A stretch of 64,000 bases of DNA from Gemmatimonadales bacterium. Lineage in GTDB: Bacteria; Gemmatimonadota; Gemmatimonadetes; Gemmatimonadales; GWC2-71-9. Below, piece by piece: positions 62,701 to 64,000 of the stretch; position 1 is the stretch's first letter; every line of letters starts with the position of its first letter. The notes below the pieces were generated by a model, which worked only from the letters and a program-made list of their open reading frames with translations, was not told where the DNA came from and ran no database searches. The DNA lies in assembly GCA_036004525.1 (NCBI GenBank), contig DASYRJ010000040.1:5810-69809 (forward strand), given 5' to 3'. Made by a program: the position numbers and the translations under genes.

Positions 62701-64000
62701 TCGCGTCGCGCTCACCCCTCACGCCCACGTACACGCGATCGGCTCCGAGCACGGTGCCGTCGGCGGGCGTGAGGATCTCAACGCCGGAGCCCCGCACGAG
62801 TGACGTCCTGCCCTCGGCCGCCCGATCGGCCGCCGTGCGCGCGGGGGCGACGACGACGGCCTCGGGCGCCGCCGCGGGCGTCGTGTCGGCCGTTACCGCG
62901 CTGGCGACCGGCGCTGCGGCGGGCGGCAGCTCGCGCAGGTCGGCGTCCCGCCACGCCGAGAGAACCACGGGCCGGGTCGGGTTGTGAACGACAGCACGAG
63001 CCACCCGCACCGGCCGGCTGACGTGCGGCCACGCGATAGTCGAGTCGCGCCCGACGATGACGTACAGCCACATCGCCGCCGAGTCGCGGCGCTCCGACGA
63101 CCACGCGACGATGCGGATCTCGGCGCCCGGGCGCGCGGGCGGGATCGGAATTGCCTCGCCGCCCACCCAGCTGTAGCGCGTGAACTGCACACCGTCGCGA
63201 TACACGATGGCAGAATCGGCGACCGGAGTGAACGCCACGAGCGCGTCCAGCGGCGTCCCGAGCGGTTGCCGGACGGTCACTTCGTACCGGACGGCCGCAT
63301 GCCGCACGCCGACGAGACGACGCGTGGTGGAATCGCCCGCCGTCGCGACCGGCGCCGCAAAGAACTGGAAGTCCGCTGGCGCGCGCACCGCGCTGGGTTG
63401 GCGCACGTCAGCGGGCCGACGCGGCTCAATAGGCGGGCGCGGTTCAGGAGGCTGACCCGCCGCGGCACGACCCGCCGCGTCCGGAACGACCCGGAAATCC
63501 ACGCGGGGCGTCGTCCACCCGCTGGCCTCGACCGTCTGGATGTCCTCGCCTGCGATCCGATAGCCGGAGGGCAGCGTCCGCGGGTCGAGGCGGAGCGCGT
63601 GCCAACCCGGCCGCAGGTTCGCGAACGAGAACTTGCCGGTGGAGTCGGTCGTCACGACCTGGCCGTCCTCCGTCCAGATGTCGATGCCCGCCAGGCCACC
63701 GTCGGTCGGTCGCTGCGCGCCGGTACCGTCCCGGTCGATCCACACCTGCCCAATCGCCGCTCGGGTCTCCATCGGCCAGGCGCGCCGCACCCGCACCCAC
63801 GCCGCGGCCTGCGGGGAGACGGGCTGCAGCGGTCCGGCGCTTGCGCTGGCGATCGCCCGGACCTCGACCCTCGTCCCCGACGCCGAGGCCAGCGCCACCG
63901 CGTAGTGCAGCGTCCGCGTCGCGCCGGGGGCGAGGGGCGCCGTGGTCACGAGGATCAGGTGGCCCCCGGCCACCAGCACGGAATCCGCGCCAATGGCGGT
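59765..64000 (-). CDS. Very large outer-membrane protein: N-terminal DUF11/SdrD-B-like Ig-fold repeats + C-terminal beta-barrel; the 5' end is outside the window
   Basis: ORF 59765..63979 stays open upstream to position 64000. IDRDGTGAQRPTDGGLAGIDIWTEDGQVVTTDSTGKFSFANLRPGWH is an SdrD-B/CnaB-like repeat. The barrel-like C-terminus ends in the aromatic residue ...FWRRRF. Confidence 0.65.
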   Translation of the reverse strand, partial: TAIGADSVLVAGGHLILVTTAPLAPGATRTLHYAVALASASGTRVEVRAIASASAGPLQPVSPQAAAWVRVRRAWPMETRAAIGQVWIDRDGTGAQRPTDGGLAGIDIWTEDGQVVTTDSTGKFSFANLRPGWHALRLDPRTLPSGYRIAGEDIQTVEASGWTTPRVDFRVVPDAAGRAAAGQPPEPRPPIEPRRPADVRQPSAVRAPADFQFFAAPVATAGDSTTRRLVGVRHAAVRYEVTVRQPLGTPLDALVAFTPVADSAIVYRDGVQFTRYSWVGGEAIPIPPARPGAEIRIVAWSSERRDSAAMWLYVIVGRDSTIAWPHVSRPVRVARAVVHNPTRPVVLSAWRDADLRELPPAAAPVASAVTADTTPAAAPEAVVVAPARTAADRAAEGRTSLVRGSGVEILTPADGTVLGADRVYVGVRGERDAMVVLYDGAAPIDSAPVRIDGVVDFIAVPLTRGPHRLRARLKNSWGTERWDSIAVHVTGLPATFAVSTSHLTLVADGRAVVATKVRVLDAWGVPVVQPAYVTLSAKGAEPVGPDADASSVGLQRLSDSTGWLAVSLRPGREVRRGVLELKSGDARATVPLEIFPEVRPLTVTGSGMVGVGASPDAYGAITARGRLDTRTALTLGVDSRRLNDGQAAFGRSTDPLAEAQYPILGDASQLQTRTASQTWVSARLERGFNWASFGDLSTTDFATGLSLAQYRRAVTGLAAHVTAGAVTLSGFGSLTSQSLRQLQIRGAGIAGPYQVAAAMLPGTEYLRVETRDVLNPERAVATQSLIRFVDYEIDYTSGVVLFKQPIPAADAYGNPVFIVATFEAGAGGDQRLVAGARAALDLQQLATGLRVDSLRIGITAVNAAQAINSYRLVGGDVRVMRFGGLDVGAEIAYAEQGDSTGVAASAKASYSLFDGALSLGAGYMRVGREFTNPSNVALQPGLLEENLRGGLRLGGTELRAEHSRQDFELLGIGRRHTRVGIVETVGSTVRMDAGLANDHVSGSGPTPSDVTAGELKATWGATAKLRFWAEARRHFSQTGPDISPDALGVGGAFQLAPGVALEASQRYVSRADSLANYSISSIGLRTDMGHGTQAWGNYQLIGGASGATNAAVIGLRNRMQLSSDLTVNLLFERRVGVSGASIADPVRALPFLQTEGDYWSAGAGLELLPKGAPYRLSVRGEYKDGALQSTRLATVAGDVAFDASLALLTRQVFSQDARAGAPLSRQLSSLWGLAFRPAHTDRLNVLAKFQWTDERNPLGAGLLVSQGAERKAIGAAELIWNPVPTLEIGTRYAMRRTHADGVYPDGTPRTLTAWADYVGSRVNVALSPWLSLRADGRWVVERTSGATAWDGAPALVVRPVNGLEVATGYRFGHLSDPDFSVRGGHGTFVTVSAALTEKLFPTAADFWRRRF

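Noticed and set aside
61472-62803. ORF 61472..62803 (+, 443 aa), plus 60459..61934 (-)
   Set aside because: They are embedded in or antisense to the 1404-aa outer-membrane protein frame and have Arg/Gly/Pro-rich composition.

Overview
This is a 64-kb, very GC-rich (about 70 % by eye, not computed), almost gap-free coding stretch of a Gram-negative-type bacterial chromosome. Outer-membrane barrels, a Wza-like exporter and lipoproteins support that type. The phylum cannot be fixed from sequence alone.

Layout:
1. 1-34 kb is a large extracellular-polysaccharide (EPS) locus. It holds GT2/GT4 glycosyltransferases, a priming sugar transferase, a Wzx-type flippase, a Wzz/BY-kinase, a Wza-like exporter, glmS and wecB. 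It also holds two AsnB-type amidotransferases, a NadE-like enzyme, an ATP-grasp protein, several GNAT-type acyltransferases, a deacetylase and an SGNH hydrolase. Two stand-alone adenylase + acyl-carrier-protein modules come with their own acpS. A histidine kinase plus NtrC-type sigma-54 activator pair lies inside the locus.
2. 34-38 kb carries an S8 protease, then a consensus sigma-54 promoter driving two unknown secreted proteins. The region is bracketed by two paralogous receiver + degenerate-GGDEF genes.
3. 38.2-44 kb carries a NarL-type regulator. It is followed by a six-gene operon: stressosome genes RsbR-S-T-X, a second sigma-54 activator with a pseudo-receiver, and a TPR protein. This operon also sits behind a consensus sigma-54 promoter.
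4. 44-52.4 kb carries an MFS transporter, a CPBP protease, an Omp85-like barrel, an APC permease, a long hairpin built from decamer repeats, and a two-gene lipoprotein operon (a collagen-like protein and a triple-repeat/proline-rich protein).
5. 52.5-55.9 kb is a visibly lower-GC islet between tRNA-His and tRNA-Trp. It carries only a vWA + PP2C phosphatase + Ser/Thr-kinase triad (TerY-P-like), and the phosphatase gene contains an unusual C8/C7/C7/G9 homopolymer cluster.
6. 56-64 kb carries an S41 peptidase, a long non-coding gap, a secreted protein, a phosphodiester glycosidase and a >1400-aa outer-membrane protein that runs off the window.

I saw no rRNA, CRISPR array, transposase or integrase. 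Many long ORFs in the supplied track are antisense or out-of-frame artefacts of high GC. One real gene (1..1586, minus strand) is missing from the track because it is open to the window edge.
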